A DNA stretch of 64,000 nt, taken from Paramecium tetraurelia. Taxonomy: Eukaryota. Under the pieces are notes generated by a model. The model was not told the origin of the DNA, ran no database searches, and was given only the letters and a program-made list of their open reading frames with translations. Position 1 is the first letter of the stretch, and every line of letters begins with the position of its first letter. This document shows positions 37,054-53,312 of this stretch, piece after piece. Location of the stretch: the NCBI GenBank assembly GCA_000165425.1, contig CT868108.1, forward strand, positions 62,001-126,000. The letters are read 5' to 3'. Position numbers and translations under genes: made by a program.

Positions 37054-38552
37054 ATGATTAAACGACTAAAATTTAATACAGAGTAGATTCGAAGAGCATC
37101 AAGTGTATTATAGAAAATCGATCTAAGAATGAGTTAAAGAGATTTTTCTAAGTATGTAATCATGAGAGTACAGTTATCAAGACATCATAGATATAATGAT
37201 TTTTATACTTCTGAAGCCATGTGAACTAAGATCATAAGCAGATGTTGAACTTTTAAAGTAGGCTACTCGATCTCTAGATTTTTTTGCAAATTTAGGTTCC
37301 GATCTTTTACATGAACAATGTTGTAGGAATCTTAGACACAAATATGTTCCAATTGGATATTTCATATTTAAGGAACGCGAAAAAGGAGACAATTTCTATT
37401 TTATCATAAGTGGTCGAGTGCAGGTGTTAAAGGATTTCAATCCATCAGACCCATAAGCGTCAATATTCGATAATGAGATAAAGCAATTGACAAATTTTGA
37501 AACTTTCGGGGAAAGAGCTATGGATTCTGATGCCCTCAGAACAGCATCTGTAAGAGCTATAGAGAACACTCATCTTGCATATTTGAATAAGGAGAGTTAT
37601 TAAATTATAGCTAAGAGTGTGAAAAATCAATTAAAGAAAGCCTATTTTGAAGAATTTGCAAATTTAGATTTTTTTCATAACTGGAGATTCTAAGACATCA
37701 AGGTATTTTATGATAGAGCATATGTAAAACGATACTCTATGAATGCCACCGTGTATAAAGAAGGGGATCCATTAGACTATGTATACATCATTAAAAAGGG
37801 GGAGTTTAAGATAGTCAAAATAATAAAGACATCAACCATAGACTTAAATGAGATGTTTAAGGGTGATTTCGAGAAGATTTTGAGTGGTATGAGTACTCCG
37901 AAGACATACACAATCTCAGAAAGGTTAGAGGCTCGATTTTAAAGGAAGAAATATGGCAATTTATATTATTTGGAGAAGAAAAAGCCTATAACTATCAAAT
38001 ATATAACTGCTGGTTAAATGTTCGGCGAAATGGAATTTTTAATGCAAGTAAACTATCAATATAATTAAAGCAAAGAATAATAATGCAAGGACTCACTCAG
38101 TTTATTCAGTTACAGATTAATCGGAACTTTATATGGTTAAAAGAGAATATTTTGAAACTATTTTAGACAAGGTTCCATCTATCAAAAATGCATTGATTTA
38201 ATTGTCTGAACAGAAGAATAATAATTTTATGAGGCAACTAATGCAATATGAGAAAAATTTCAATGATTTAACTGAGGTAAAGAAAGATTTGGAGAGAAAT
38301 ATTAATTTAGATTTTTTGTAATTGGGGAGCACTGAAAAGCGATTCCCTTCTCCGGTTATGTAATAACTGCGATCATCTCAACCTGAAGTCAAAAAAGTAT
38401 TGAAGATACCCAAAATTGAAAGAGAAGTTTAGAGGATAGAGACGAAAAAGAAGTATTTGATGCGAAGAAGAAAAACAAGTGTTTTTAAGATATATGATAG
38501 TAATTCTGAAATTGATGGCAGTTAATATAACTTTATTAGTTCGATTAAATGA
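37054..38552 (+). CDS. Cyclic-nucleotide-binding protein with two CNB domains
   Basis: IFKEREKGDNFYFIISGRV...TFGERAMDSDALRTASVRA and VYKEGDPLDYVYIIKKGEF...MFGEMEFLMQ/NNNARTHSV. Confidence 0.87.
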
Positions 38553-38570
38553 ATAATTAATTTATTGTAT

Positions 38571-40270
<1,700 letters not shown>

Positions 40271-40285
40271 TTTATTTTTAATACT

Positions 40286-43042
40286 TCAATCAAGTTTATT
40301 TACATTCATTATTAGTATTGTTAAAAGATCTTGAACAATTAATCTTTCCTTTGTTATTTCTTACAATTCTATAATCCTTAGGCATTAAAAAGACCCATCA
40401 ACATTTTATATGGAAATATTTTCTATTAATTTATAACTTAATTACTTGGTGATTATTCATGTATTCAATTATTGTTTCTGCTTGAGCTTAATTAAGCACT
40501 TTAACATAGGATTCATACAAACTATTTTCAACATTAAAAGTTTTCGATACTTTATAATAATCATTTAGCATAACATCTCTACCAATATTATTCACCTTCT
40601 TAATTCTTGAATAAACTACAGCAAACAGATAAATTAGTTCATCATAATACATTTTCTAAACTTCAGCTAATTATTGTTAAGACAATCCTTGCAATTTAAT
40701 CTCATTAGTAGAAATTATTTTGTCAATTAATTGAATTCTCTACTGATCATCTTTGTCATTCTATTTCAACTCATATTTGCATTAAACTAATTGAGCATAA
40801 GGTTCCAAATTGATACAATCTCTGATTACTAATTCTTATAGTTAACCTATGATTGAATTTAATTCAGAGTAAAATGGTTTAAATTCCTAAAAAACGTCCT
40901 TTATTGAGTCGAATTCATTTATGACAAAAATGATTGACTCAATATATACAACTCTATCCATTAGATCAAAGGTTTGAGTCTTTTTGACTTTAAGATCTTC
41001 TGGAATTTGAATTTTTTTCAAATATCTAACCAAATCACCATATTTCTCTCTATATATGATGACTTAACTATTGTGCTCAAACTATTGAGTATATTGATCA
41101 GGTTCTTGCTTTTGATCATAATTAAAATTAAGAGCATCATCAAATATATATCTTTTATGTTCATCCAATATAATTGGAATGGCTAAAGTGTAGATATAAT
41201 AATTAATTAAGAATATCAATTCTTCGACTAACTTTTCTTTGTGCTATTGACAAAAGTGAATGTACAATAGTTACTATTGGATGATTATGTATATTTAATT
41301 AATAGTTTAAGTCAGCAACAAAGTTCTTTCTTTTCCCAAATAGATTATGCTGGAATTATTGGTTTACTTTTTAAAAGAAACAGTTGAACCCATAATTAAA
41401 TCAATAATTTTCTTATATTCAATTGATTTAAAGATATTTAAAGTATCTGGAAATGGGTCTTTATATTCAAAAATATGGAATTTGGATTATTTATTAGCAA
41501 TTTGCAGAACAGTTTAAGTTTAATTGAGTGTTATTTTCATACATTTCTTGCAATCTTCATTTATTAGTGCTTCTTTGATTTGTTTGTCATTTCCTCTTGA
41601 TTCCAAATAATTACTAAATTTATCCTCTATAAATGTCTTATATTTCTAGAGATCTTAGCCTCCAAATACTTCACATTTAGAAATTAATATTGTTAACATG
41701 CCAAAAAAACAAATCATATCTTCTTTGTTCATTCTTGGCCAACTTGTTGTTTAATTGATAAAGTCACATATTCTATCAAAAACCTTTTCGTAAATTTATT
41801 TCCTTAGTTCAATAATTGTAGTGTTTTGAGAGTAATCTAAATGGAATCTTATGATCAAATGGAAATTCATAAAGAAATGAATTGTTTGGCAACATAATTC
41901 TCTATAAAATTCAGTTAGCTAATCCTTTGAAATTTAATTTAAAGAATCTGTTAAATTATCGAAATAAAAGTCAATGGATAAAATTTGACTAATTTGATCA
42001 AAGACCATTTATAATTTAGCTTCAAATGCTCTCATAATTAGGAGATGAACTACTGATTCATAAGGTTGAACAAGATTGTTTTTCTTATTTTATTTAATAG
42101 ATATACTTCCATATAAAGATAGGACTCGTAATGAAGTTTGTAAATCTTTTCATCATAATTGATAAACTAATCAAGTATTCCTTTACAAGTTAATTATCTT
42201 ACGTATTCAATCCTATCCTCTTTATAATTTTTGGGTATCAATTCCAAACCTTCAATTATTTCAATATTCTATATAATACATAAAGAGTACAATGATTGTC
42301 GGCAGGTAGATTGAAGCATCTACATATCCATTCTACATACTCAATACAAAACTTTCATAGGGTAGAGCATAACAATCTTTGATTTTTTTTAATGTTTCAA
42401 TCAATTGCTATAATAATATTATTTAATTACTTAGATGTTTAAGATTGATTGTCTTTTCCCTAAAATCTATTTACTTTGCTTTAAAACCATTTGTTATGTT
42501 TTTTACATCTTTTCTCTGCTACTTCGAACTTTGATGAGCAGCTCCTAACTGATATTTCCAATTTAGTCAATATGAGTAAGTGCTTAGAGATAACTTGAGT
42601 AATTTGTGAATACATTTTTGGATAGCTTTGTTTGTATTACATTCAAATAATGATCATATTTCTCAATCTTCCTTTAAATGCTGATCATTTACTAATTCAC
42701 ATCTCCCTAAAATATATTGCTATATTCAATTTTTTCAATCTAATTTTGGATGTCCTATTCTTCATCAACATTCTTATAAATATTGTTTAGAGCATCATGA
42801 TTGATATCTACATCTCCATAAAGTTCAATTAATCTCTATACATTTTTCCTAAGTATTTCTTCTGTATTGCTTTCATGAGTTCGAATGTTGTGCTATTTCT
42901 GTATTTCTAAAATCGAGGTAAACATTCGAAATTTGTCCTCATCATTCTTGTATTATTGCAAAATTCTATTCACATCACCAATGTTTAATGGAGGGACGTC
43001 TTTATACTTTTTTTTTATATAGTCTTTTTTTTTATTAAACAT
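40286..43042 (-). CDS. VPS50: VPS50/syndetin-like CATCHR tethering subunit (EARP complex)
   Basis: N-terminal RKIEKYDHYLNVIQTKLSKNVFTNYSSYLQAL resembles the Vps54_N region; C-terminal FAVVYSRIKKVNNIGRDVMLNDY resembles syndetin [23 protein letters not shown]. Confidence 0.65.
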
Positions 43043-43399
43043 ATAAAAATTATAATCAAATTCTGGAATTTATTCTTATACTAATTTTGCAATATATTCT
43101 TCTATCTCTGACATCTTGAGAGCTAAGGATTAGAAAGATTAATTCAATGCAAATTCTTTACTAGAAGTTATGAAAAGAGTTTCAGCAGTTTATTATAAAA
43201 TCAGCTAAAATTGTTTAAGATTAAAAGTCGAAAAATCTCTGAAAGTTTGATGCATCAAAATCGATTCAGTTAATGAGTTAAATATATTATTTATGTTTAA
43301 AATATGAAGATAATAATTGACTTTGAGTTTAAAGAATGAATGTACTGAACAAAGCAAGGATTATGAAATCAGCATATAAACAATGTCTCCTTATGGTTC

Positions 43400-44207
43400 T
43401 TTGGAGATTTAAATTTAATTTTTAGCTCCTTGAGAAAAAGTAGCAAAGAAAACTGGAACCAAATTCCTGGAAAATAATCAAATAATAAGTCTTTATTTTC
43501 TTGATAACTAGGGTTCAGATTTACATGTCCATAAAATTATAAATCTACTAACGATATTTATTAGTTTAAAAATAAAATTTGAAGGCATTGTATTTAAAAC
43601 ATAAATTTGAAAAGGAATTTTATATTTTAATTTGTTCACTGCCATTATAAATAAACAAGCGATTATATTATTCAGTAGTATTCCTCGCATCTTCTTTTCT
43701 AAGATTATTTATATTGTTACTAATTATTCTATTTAATCCTATTATCCTTTGATGAATTTTAGAGTTTTTAATTAGGATTATTTTCTTTAATCGCGTTCTT
43801 CTCTGATTTACAGAAACAATTTCGTCACTTTTTCATCAACTCCACATATTGTCATCATTTAATTAATTATTTCTTCTACTTTAATCTGAAATGAGAAATC
43901 AATCTGTCCTCTAGTTTTTCTGAGTATGTTGATCGATTTTTCTATCTTACCAACTGCATCCCATCTTTTTAATTCTGGCTTAGATTCTGCTTCACTAAAA
44001 TTGAATGTCCTTGCTCTCTCTGTTTTAACGATTGGAGTTTTTATATGGATACTACTGGATTGTTTGGCTAATAAGATATTTGAAACATTTAATACTTTTG
44101 ATTAGTTGTTAAGAGTGTGGAGAACCCGTTTTGGGAGCAAATAAAGAGGGTTTAGAAGATTTTTAAGTTTAAAGAGTTGGTTTACTGAAAGCTTTTGGTG
44201 TACTCAT
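43400..44207 (-). CDS. Hypothetical protein (3' end uncertain)
   Basis: MSTPKAFSKPTLQTQK..., an intron near 44068-44095 and a continued open frame. Confidence 0.45.
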
Positions 44208-44388
44208 AATTATTGTAATAAATTTACTATTTATATTATATATTAATGATTAGATGATCAAATATGTTTAAATTCTTAAGAGTCTTAGAAGTAGTCCTTT
44301 TGTATTTTTAAATGTTAAAGAATAGGTAATCATTACAAATATGTCGAGAATATAATAAATATCATATAAATATAATTAATTTTTGAAT

Positions 44389-45812
44389 ATGAATTTCATT
44401 ACGCGATTCTGGGCAACAATAGGTGCAGAAACAGCTTTTGAAAGTGTATTAATTATTGAATGAAACAATTAGGCGAGATTAGCAGCTACGTATGGAAATC
44501 CCTACCCTCCAGAGGAAAGAGATATCAAAATTATACTGAATGCACTCTCTGGCTTTGATAAGGAAATAGATAGAAGAATCGCTTTTGGTTCAATTGTGCG
44601 GAAATTAAAATAAAATCATAGGAATGATGATGATTGGATTATCATAATCAAAAATTTGATCATTATAGATAGGTATTTAGGTCACAAAAATTGATGAGGT
44701 GTGTGAATGATGGTATTCTATTAAAAGAATTTTGTGAGTTGGATTTACCTAACATAGAGAATTGGTTTGAAAAAGACAGTAACAATAATAAACTGCTAAT
44801 TCATGAGTTAATATCCAAATATTACAATTATATCAAATTCAAATCGTAGTAGTTAAGAACTTCATTCTCTTTGACATTGTACAAAAAAGAAAAATATTTG
44901 CATTTCAGTCAACTATCTGTTGGGTAAACATAAAATGAAATCAATTTAATTTTGCAATTTGTTGATAAAGCTTTTGAAGTCATAGAAACTAAACGAAATG
45001 GTCATTTAAAATATAAACTTTGTTAATATGTCTTTCTAATGATCCTTAATGATCTATTTAAATATTATAGTTGCTCACTTGTAGCATTTAATGTTTTGAT
45101 CAAAAGGATTGATTAATTATAATTAGAGGATCTTCTTCAGATGGCTGAAATCACAAGATTACTATATAAATTTTGCAATTAGTTCGACACATTTATTAAT
45201 TAAAATAAATTCATAGCAGGATTTGAATATTTTGATGTAGAATATAAAGTAATGTATAAAATATTTTAAGATAACTCCTGATTTAGTTGAATTGATAGTC
45301 TAATATATGAATCTTTATGAGCAAGCTTAAAAAGGAACACCTAGCTAGTCTAAAGAAATTCATTTTAACACATAAAAATCCATATAGGTTCTAGCAAAGA
45401 TAAGTATTTATTTACTCATCCTTTAGTTTCACAAAGTCCATTTAAGACATAAAGTTAAGAATCTTTTATGGGTCAAGGCAATGCAGAGTAGTAATACAGC
45501 AAATCGGTGATGTATTGTAATCAATTCAAACATAAATTTGATGAAATTAAATTTCAAGAATTTCAAAATAATTTTTCATCGAAGTATGAACTTATAACTA
45601 TATTGACACTAGTTATATAACAATACCAGAGTATTATAAATAGAATAAGGCCATTCCAGAATTCAAGGAGGAAGATGAAGAGCTAGATATTCTAGCCAAA
45701 ATTGAAGAGTATAAAATGAAACTTCAATGTGATCAACAAATACATTTACTGTATCCAGAAGCTTTCAATGAAAAAAAGTTCTTAAATTTTGAAAATATAT
45801 ATTATTAATGAT
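44389..45812 (+). CDS. ANTH/ENTH-domain protein (clathrin-adaptor-like; 3' end approximate)
   Basis: AATYGNPYPPEERDIKIIL and DWIIIIKNLIIIDR/CVNDG match the ANTH patterns KAT...PPKxKH and WxVxxKxLIxxHRLxxxG. Confidence 0.7.
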
Positions 45813-46325
45813 GACAAAAATAATAAACATTAAATACATAACCTTTTTGTAATTAATAATTTCATCTTAAATAATTATTTACTGATTACCTTCGCTGAAT
45901 ACATATATTGTTATCCTTGATTTTTTTATTCAACAGAATAATTGAGAAAATTGACCAAGCAAGACTTTACATAAAATTTCAACTAAATAATATATAAAAT
46001 TCAGGTTAGTTCTTTTTTCTTCATTTGAGATAAATGAAATAGGTGTGTATTTAAATACCTTGAGAATTTATTTTATATGAAACTTATATATTGTCGCCAA
46101 ATGTATACTTGAAGATTAAGATAATTATTAGTATTAATTTTTAAATTTAAACACATCCTTAGTAATTTTTATTAATTATAATTTCGCTTCAATGAGCCTA
46201 GAGAGTAAATTGATATTAGTTTAATCATCAGAAAAATATATGTAATATTTAAAATCGTTATAACTAATTTGATATATATGTAAATAATTAAAGAAATAAA
46301 TATACAGAGGGTATAAAATGAAAAT

Positions 46326-47060
46326 TCATTTATTACCAAATCTAAATGATGTTAGTGATGTTCCTTGAACTTAATCCACTTTTGTTAGTTTTTTTAAATT
46401 TTAGTTCAGACTTAATTTGGAATAATCTAATTTAATTTTTTATGTTTAAGGAGAAACAGATTAGCGTGTTATATCATCTTCAATATATTCTTTTGAACTC
46501 TTTCCTAAGTTTTCTTCTGGTTCTGCAAATGATGATTTCTTTGATTATTCAAATTATAATCTCTATATTTTACTTTTCAATTCTAATTTTTATTCCTTGA
46601 GAAGCTATATCTATTTTTGAGCTTACTCCATGTAGATGATTTTCTCTTCTTTGCTCTTAACAAGAGCTAAAGATAACTCATTGATTTTCATTTCTAATTA
46701 TCTAATTTCTGGATTAAATTCCTGCTTATTGTTGACTTATGGTTATTTTTCATGTTATTATTGTAAAGTAATAATTTTTTCATTTTAAGATTCAATTTGC
46801 TTCTTCAACGTATCTAATTGTTGCTTATCTAACTAAATCAATATTAATAGTTACACCTTCTATTATTCTTATCTTGCATCTTCAATGATAAACAATGCAT
46901 TTATAATATCATTGGGATCAGAATTAGACCCTAATTAAAGAATTTCTTCATATTCATCATCAAGTGTTTTGGAGATCTTCACCCAATATTGGAGCAATTA
47001 TTATTTAATCAATTAATTTTCTTATTAATAGTCTTTTTGAGTTTGTGATTTTTCTGACAT
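46326..47060 (-). CDS. Hypothetical coiled-coil protein
   Basis: MSEKSQTQKDYQQENQLIK... Q/E/K-rich; intron near 46833-46856; ends FRFGNK-TGA. Confidence 0.65.
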
Positions 47061-47795
47061 TTTATTAAAATTAATTTAAAACAAAAATAACTATTGAATA
47101 ACACTCAAAATATATAATACATAGGCTTTGAACATGAAGTATTAACAAATAAGCATTCTCTATCAAGAATATATACTTTAATATATATATTTATATATTT
47201 GACAGAGAGAAATATGCTCAATCATCCTCATTTAAAAAATTTTCTTATTTTTTAGAAAAAATTTGAAATGAAAAACCTAAATTTTATACACTCTGTCTAC
47301 TAATAACTATAAATAATTTTTGTTTCTCAATTTTTGGATTTGAGATAGCATTTTATCATATCTCTAAAGATAATTAGAAGCCCAACTTATTTATTCAGTA
47401 AATTTCAAATTTATTAATTTAGCTTAAGTAGTTTTATATTATTTATGAATTTGTATATTAGGGAGGAATTAATAAGATGCATACTCAATCATTCTTTATT
47501 TAAATTGTTCCCTTAAAGACTGATTTTAATTATTAGATAAATTATTATTATGATATAGAAAGAAATTTTTTAATACTCTTTTTTCCATATTCAGGATTTA
47601 TTTATTACATATTTTAATTGATTCTTAATGAGGAATCTAATGGCATATAAATTAGATAAGACTATTAAAATCTACCATTTTCATTATAGTAAAATTAGTT
47701 AATTGTTTTGATTATGTAATAGGTGGAGTTATTCAGATATTTAAAAGTAGAAAGTGATTTATTAATTAATTAAAGGATAAATTTCATTTATATAA

Positions 47796-49029
47796 TCATT
47801 TTTAGAATTAATCAATTAATTGTAAGCAGTTGGCTGAGCTACTTTGAAATTCCTCAATAGCAGCATCTATTCCATCTTCCTCCTCATTTGGTGTACAAAT
47901 TTGACTATTGAGGGACTTCAAAAATTATTCCCATTAAAGCAATTGTTCCTTAATCATTGTATTTTGAGACTAACACTGCTTATACTTCTTGAATTCTTCA
48001 AGTATTAGTATCTATTGATTTGAAAGTTCCTATTTGATAATAATTGAGTATTACTTGCTTTAATATTGAAATGTTTTAATCTTAGTTAGGATCTTTCTGT
48101 GAATCTTTTTTTTCGCTTTTCTAAAGATCTATACTTTACAACTTTTCCTATAATTCTTCAATAGTAAGTTGCAACTATTAATTGTCAACTTATAGTTATT
48201 TAATTTAATTTTGTAAATCAGAATAGTCTTATTGGCTTTTAGTTTAAACTTATTTATAAACATGATCACTTTTTTTTCTATTTGCAATGGCATCTTATTC
48301 GCTTATTTTACATTTGCTTTGTCTGAGATCACTAATGGAAGATTTTGATGGTTTTTTATTGTCCATAGCAAATGGATTACATGAGACTGCAGGTTTATTG
48401 GCCTTCTCTAATATTATTAGTTTGTCTTTTTATTTCTTCATTTCGACTTCGTATTTTTGGATTGACATCATAAGAGTTTTGATTTCCTAATCCTTTTCTT
48501 GATGCTATTACTCCAAATTAGATATAATCTTATTCAATCTTTCATTTTCATCAATCACATTGTATATTTATTACTCCATTTATTATATTTCTAGTCTTGA
48601 ATCTCCAGCTGCTGCTTTTTAATATTTTAATTTCCATATTTCAATTTCATTTTGTTGTGTATCTATTAGTTCTTCCAATTTGCTGACTCTCTCTTTAATT
48701 ATGTATAACTATTCCTACTATTAAGCATTATTTTATATTTCATTTCTTGCTTTTTCTAATTCCTAATTTAAGTAGCAATTCTCATTCACCAATGATTGGA
48801 TTTTACTCTCAATTGTATTTGAATTCTCTTTAAAATAAAATGTCTATTAAGTTTTGTTAGGAGTAAATGTGGACGATCCTCTAATTTATTAAGCAATAAT
48901 TGATTTCTAAGGAGTGCTTGGAGTATCCGAATATGGATTGCTATATCGTATTTACCCATTAAATGGGCTTATTTGTTACAATGGTATTTGCAATTTTTGA
49001 ATTTGAACGCTTGAATTGGTTCGAATCAT
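47796..49029 (-). CDS. Hypothetical coiled-coil protein
   Basis: MIRTNSSVQIQKLQIPL... followed by heptad-rich segments (IESKIQSLVNENCYL, EIEIWKLKY). Confidence 0.7.
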
Positions 49030-49496
49030 AACGTTTTATTTTAAATTATAATAAACTAATTTGGAAAAGTAATCAAATAATCAAATTTCAAAGAATAATT
49101 ATCCTATGAATTTATTCATTTCCATGTTCTCTACATAGTCATATTAGAATTATAAAATGAATCTTTCTCTACAATTCTAAAATGCTTCTTATTATTTAGA
49201 TTGAGTATAAGGGTTTGTATGATTTTTTTAGTCAAGTCTAGGATGGCAGATTAACAAGGACTCAATTAATATATTGTAGAAATGATTATTAAATGTGAAT
49301 TAATAGATTATCTTAAATTTATTTCTTAGTTTTCTTGTAGATCTCTGTTATAATATGCATAAATCCTTGTGTACAGGTAAATTAAATGATGAGAGAAGGT
49401 TGTGATATCGAAAATTAATTACTTGATTTTTTTAGAGATTTAGTTTGAATTAGAATAAAAAGTCAAGTTGTTAACATATTAAAATTTATTAATAAA

Positions 49497-51006
49497 ATGG
49501 ATTAAAAAATTAGTTTACAGCCAGGTTTGATAATAGAGTCTAGATTCAAATTGCTTAAAAAGTTAGGGAGTGGCAGCTTCGGAATTGTTTTCTTAACTTA
49601 TGATTTAGAGGAGAAGGAGTATTGTGCAACGAAATTCGAGAGTAGAAATTTATAAATGAGAATGATGAATCGAGAGATACTTATTTTGAAATAGTTGAAA
49701 GGCATCAATGGTAAATAGTTATTCACTTATTAAATTTAATTTCAGGTTTTCCACAATTAATCCACCATGGAAAAGATAAACAATATTAATTTTATATGAG
49801 TACATTGTTGGGTGAGAATTTGGAAGTCTTGTTATAAAAATGTGGTGGTAAATTTACTCTACAAACTGTCCTTCAATTATCCATACAATTGATAGATCGA
49901 TTGGAAGGTATTTATTCTCCATTAATAGTTATAGTGTTTCATAGTATGAATTTCATTCATAGAGACATAAAACCTGAAAATTTCCTTATTTCTAAGGAGG
50001 ATACATCTATAGTTTATTTGATTGATTTCGGATTGTCTAAATATTACCGAGTAGCCGATGGTAGACATATAGAATTTACGCAAAAGACAGGTGTAATAGG
50101 AACTGCACGCTACGCTAGTATTAATACATTATAATGTATGGATATATGTGTTATTTTAAGGGATGGAATAGTCTAGGAGAGATGATCTGGAAAGTCTGGG
50201 TTACATGTTGATATATCTGGTAAAAGGGGAGTTGCCTTGGTCAAATGTAAAGGCTGTAAGTAAAGAAGACAAATATGAGCAAATTTTATAAATTAAAATG
50301 GGCTTACCCTTAAATCAACTATGTTTGAATCTACCCAAGGTATTCTATATTTCAATATAAGTGTTTTATTCATTATTTTCAACATGTCAAGTCTCTATTA
50401 TTTCAACAACAACCTAATTATTCGCACTTAAGAAATATATTCGAAAAACAATTGCTTCAATATAATCATTAATTATACGACTGGGAACTCAAAACTATAG
50501 AGAATCAATAATTGTAAGATATTCTTATTGATCCTAATTCAATGCCAGATATTCGATTACAGAGTGATTTAGATTTTGTTCCACCTGTTGATGATGAAGG
50601 TGAAGTCTTTCGGTTAAAACAAGAGAGTTAGCATCATGTCAAATTTATGAAATAATTGCATGAAAAATATTTTGATCACAATACACATAAATAAGTGTAA
50701 TAGATTTAATTACAAAAAAATACATCTATCGAACCTAAAAGTTAAGCCACAAGCAAATAGAACAACTATCAAACTAGCAATCATACTTTAGTCTAGATTG
50801 AATCTTAACCTTACATTCTTAATAACATTTCATAGTTCTCTAAAAGGAAAGATTCTAAATCATACACTTCATTTAAATAGAGTTAAGAGCATAAAGAAAA
50901 TAGGAAGTTTCGATAATCAAATGATGACTATGATTTAGAAATGGGAAATGAAGATGGGCCTAATCTTGACTTACAAATTCTCTAAGCCAATCACTTTTTA
51001 TAATGA
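49497..51006 (+). CDS. CK1: Casein kinase 1 family protein kinase
   Basis: [61 protein letters not shown]; four tiny introns. Confidence 0.93.
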
Positions 51007-51110
51007 TGTAAATATATTGTAGTAAATTTTTAACTAAAAACTGAATTTTTATTTAAAGTTTATTTTCTTAATTAATTTTTTTAATTTTAATAAAACATAA
51101 TTGAAATTCA

Positions 51111-53165
51111 TCAGTTTTATTAACTCTCACTATCAAAGTTATCTAAAATTTATTCCGAATTCATTCTTTATTATTTATCTACTTAAATAGTTCCATCATT
51201 TAGTATGTCTTCATCTTACTATTCACCGTCATTTCGATATAACTAAAATTACAAGAATTCTAATATATTTTCATCCATACAATCGACTAAATGCTTGTTT
51301 ATAGGATCATACATTTTAAATAATATTTCCTTGTAAGCTTATTGGGCTTCGAGAGCCATTTAAAAATTACTTTTAAGAGGTTTTAAGATGGAGAAATATT
51401 GATGCCCTTGGAGTTCTTTATCAGGATTCGAAGCAATAGTAGGTTTTGGAAGATAATCAAACAATTTTATTTATTCTTTAGTTAATAGAATCATTTTCAA
51501 TTTGTCGATCTCATGTAATTTCTTTATTATATATAAAATATCGAAAGATTTTTCCATTCTATTAATGGAGAAGTTCATTTATTTAATCTATTGATCGTCT
51601 TAATACAATTTCATTGTACTAAGTATGTATTTATAATATGGGATATTTAGTTTTTTGGAGACAGTCTAAAAGAAGCCTTTGACTTACTGATTCAATTTGT
51701 CTATCGTTTTAACTTTAATATCTTCTTCTAAAGTGGCAGCATTCTATATTTTGATACATTGTTAATTTAGTTCTTATAATTTTTGCTAGACCTTATATGA
51801 TGATCTAACTGAGGATCTAAAGGAATCTTATTACTAGAACTTTGATTTCTTGAGTGGAGTATTCTATTTGATAGGCGAGATAATTAATTTTCTATTTGAT
51901 TATTAGTTATCATTTAAAGTATTTCTTGGAATATTCTCTACATATATCTTGCTCTATTATTTGCTATTGATAATGGGAGCACTATGCTATTCAAGCAAGT
52001 AATTATCTTAGTCATCATTGATAGTCTCCTCTTGTCCATCAAAGTTGAATAATGAGTTAATAATTTACAGTTTATACGATATTGTACTAAAAGGTATCTA
52101 AATTAGCATAGCAATTGTGAATAAGACATTCCATAATCCTCCTAATTCAGCTAAAAGAGTTTAAATTCTTGAATACTGTCTATAGTTAACTTATTCTATT
52201 GTGTGTAATCTAATTGCAACATTTGCTAATAAATCTTCCTCATTAAAGTCAATCATCTCGGTGTGATGCATATATTTGACTGTTGTATCTTAATGAAAAT
52301 CTTAGAAGAAGTTGCCAGAATCTGTATAAGTGGTGACAGGCTAAAGATAGATTGTAATTTCTTTGAAGATTTTACTGGATATTGTAGTAAACAAATCTTC
52401 ACCTTTGGGGATGTAGGGATTCTAGGGGGTTTACAGATCTACATAGTAAGACGAGAGTTGCAAAGATAAATAATTATGAGTCAACCTTTTTATGATTTCT
52501 TCTTTGCTCTTGCATTTAGGAACATCTAAGATATTGATGAGGCATACCTTTCTTTTTGTTCTCTTCAGTACACATTTTAAATTTTAACAATATGTATTGA
52601 TAATTCTCAGCATCGAAAGTACCCTGCATGTTAATCTTATCGATTTTATTCCAATCTATGCAATAATTCGTTGGAAGATCAAAATGTGAAAAATATTCAG
52701 CTAATGAATCTTATTTTATTATATCTTTGGAACACTAGACAAGAGGAAGGTCATCGTATTTGAATTGAGCTTATTATGTGCCATTAATTCTAAAATGAGA
52801 ATAATTGCATACATTTCTACGGATTTCCTTACAAGCATAGGTTCGACATAATATATCGATTCATCTATGTAAGTGGCAAAGGAAGAATCTTAAAAGCCAA
52901 ACTGCAAGGTAAAATTTTTGGGTCTCAATTCATACAAATTTGGTTCTGCATGATATACTTCTGTTGTTAATGTGACAGGCTTTGAACGATCCGCATAAAC
53001 AACTATGCCATTCACCAAAAAAATAAACATCACAACCAAAACAGCCAAAGAGAGTGCAGCTCCTATAAGTGTCTTATGCCCTTCTTCTTTTTTAATTAGC
53101 AGTTGAACAGGTTTAGTGAATAAATCGATTTGTTTAAAATAATGAGAGAAGGTTTTAGCATTCAT
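51111..53165 (-). CDS. Two-TM membrane protein with large extracellular loop (ciliate-expanded family)
   Basis: IDLFTKPV...KTLIGAALSLAVLVVMFIFL (TM1), a Cys-containing loop, RQYSRIQTLLAELGGLWNVLFTIAMLI (TM2) and a tail with FDILYIIKKLHEIDKLKMILL. Confidence 0.75.
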
Positions 53166-53312
53166 TAAACTTTGTATTTTATAATTTAATATCTTCAATT
53201 AAATTTTCAGATCAATATTTCTCTTATTTGATAATTAAGGTGTAAGAATTATTTGTATAACTAAATCATAGAAAAAAGATTCAATTATACTTGTTTTATT
53301 ACAAATAATTTT

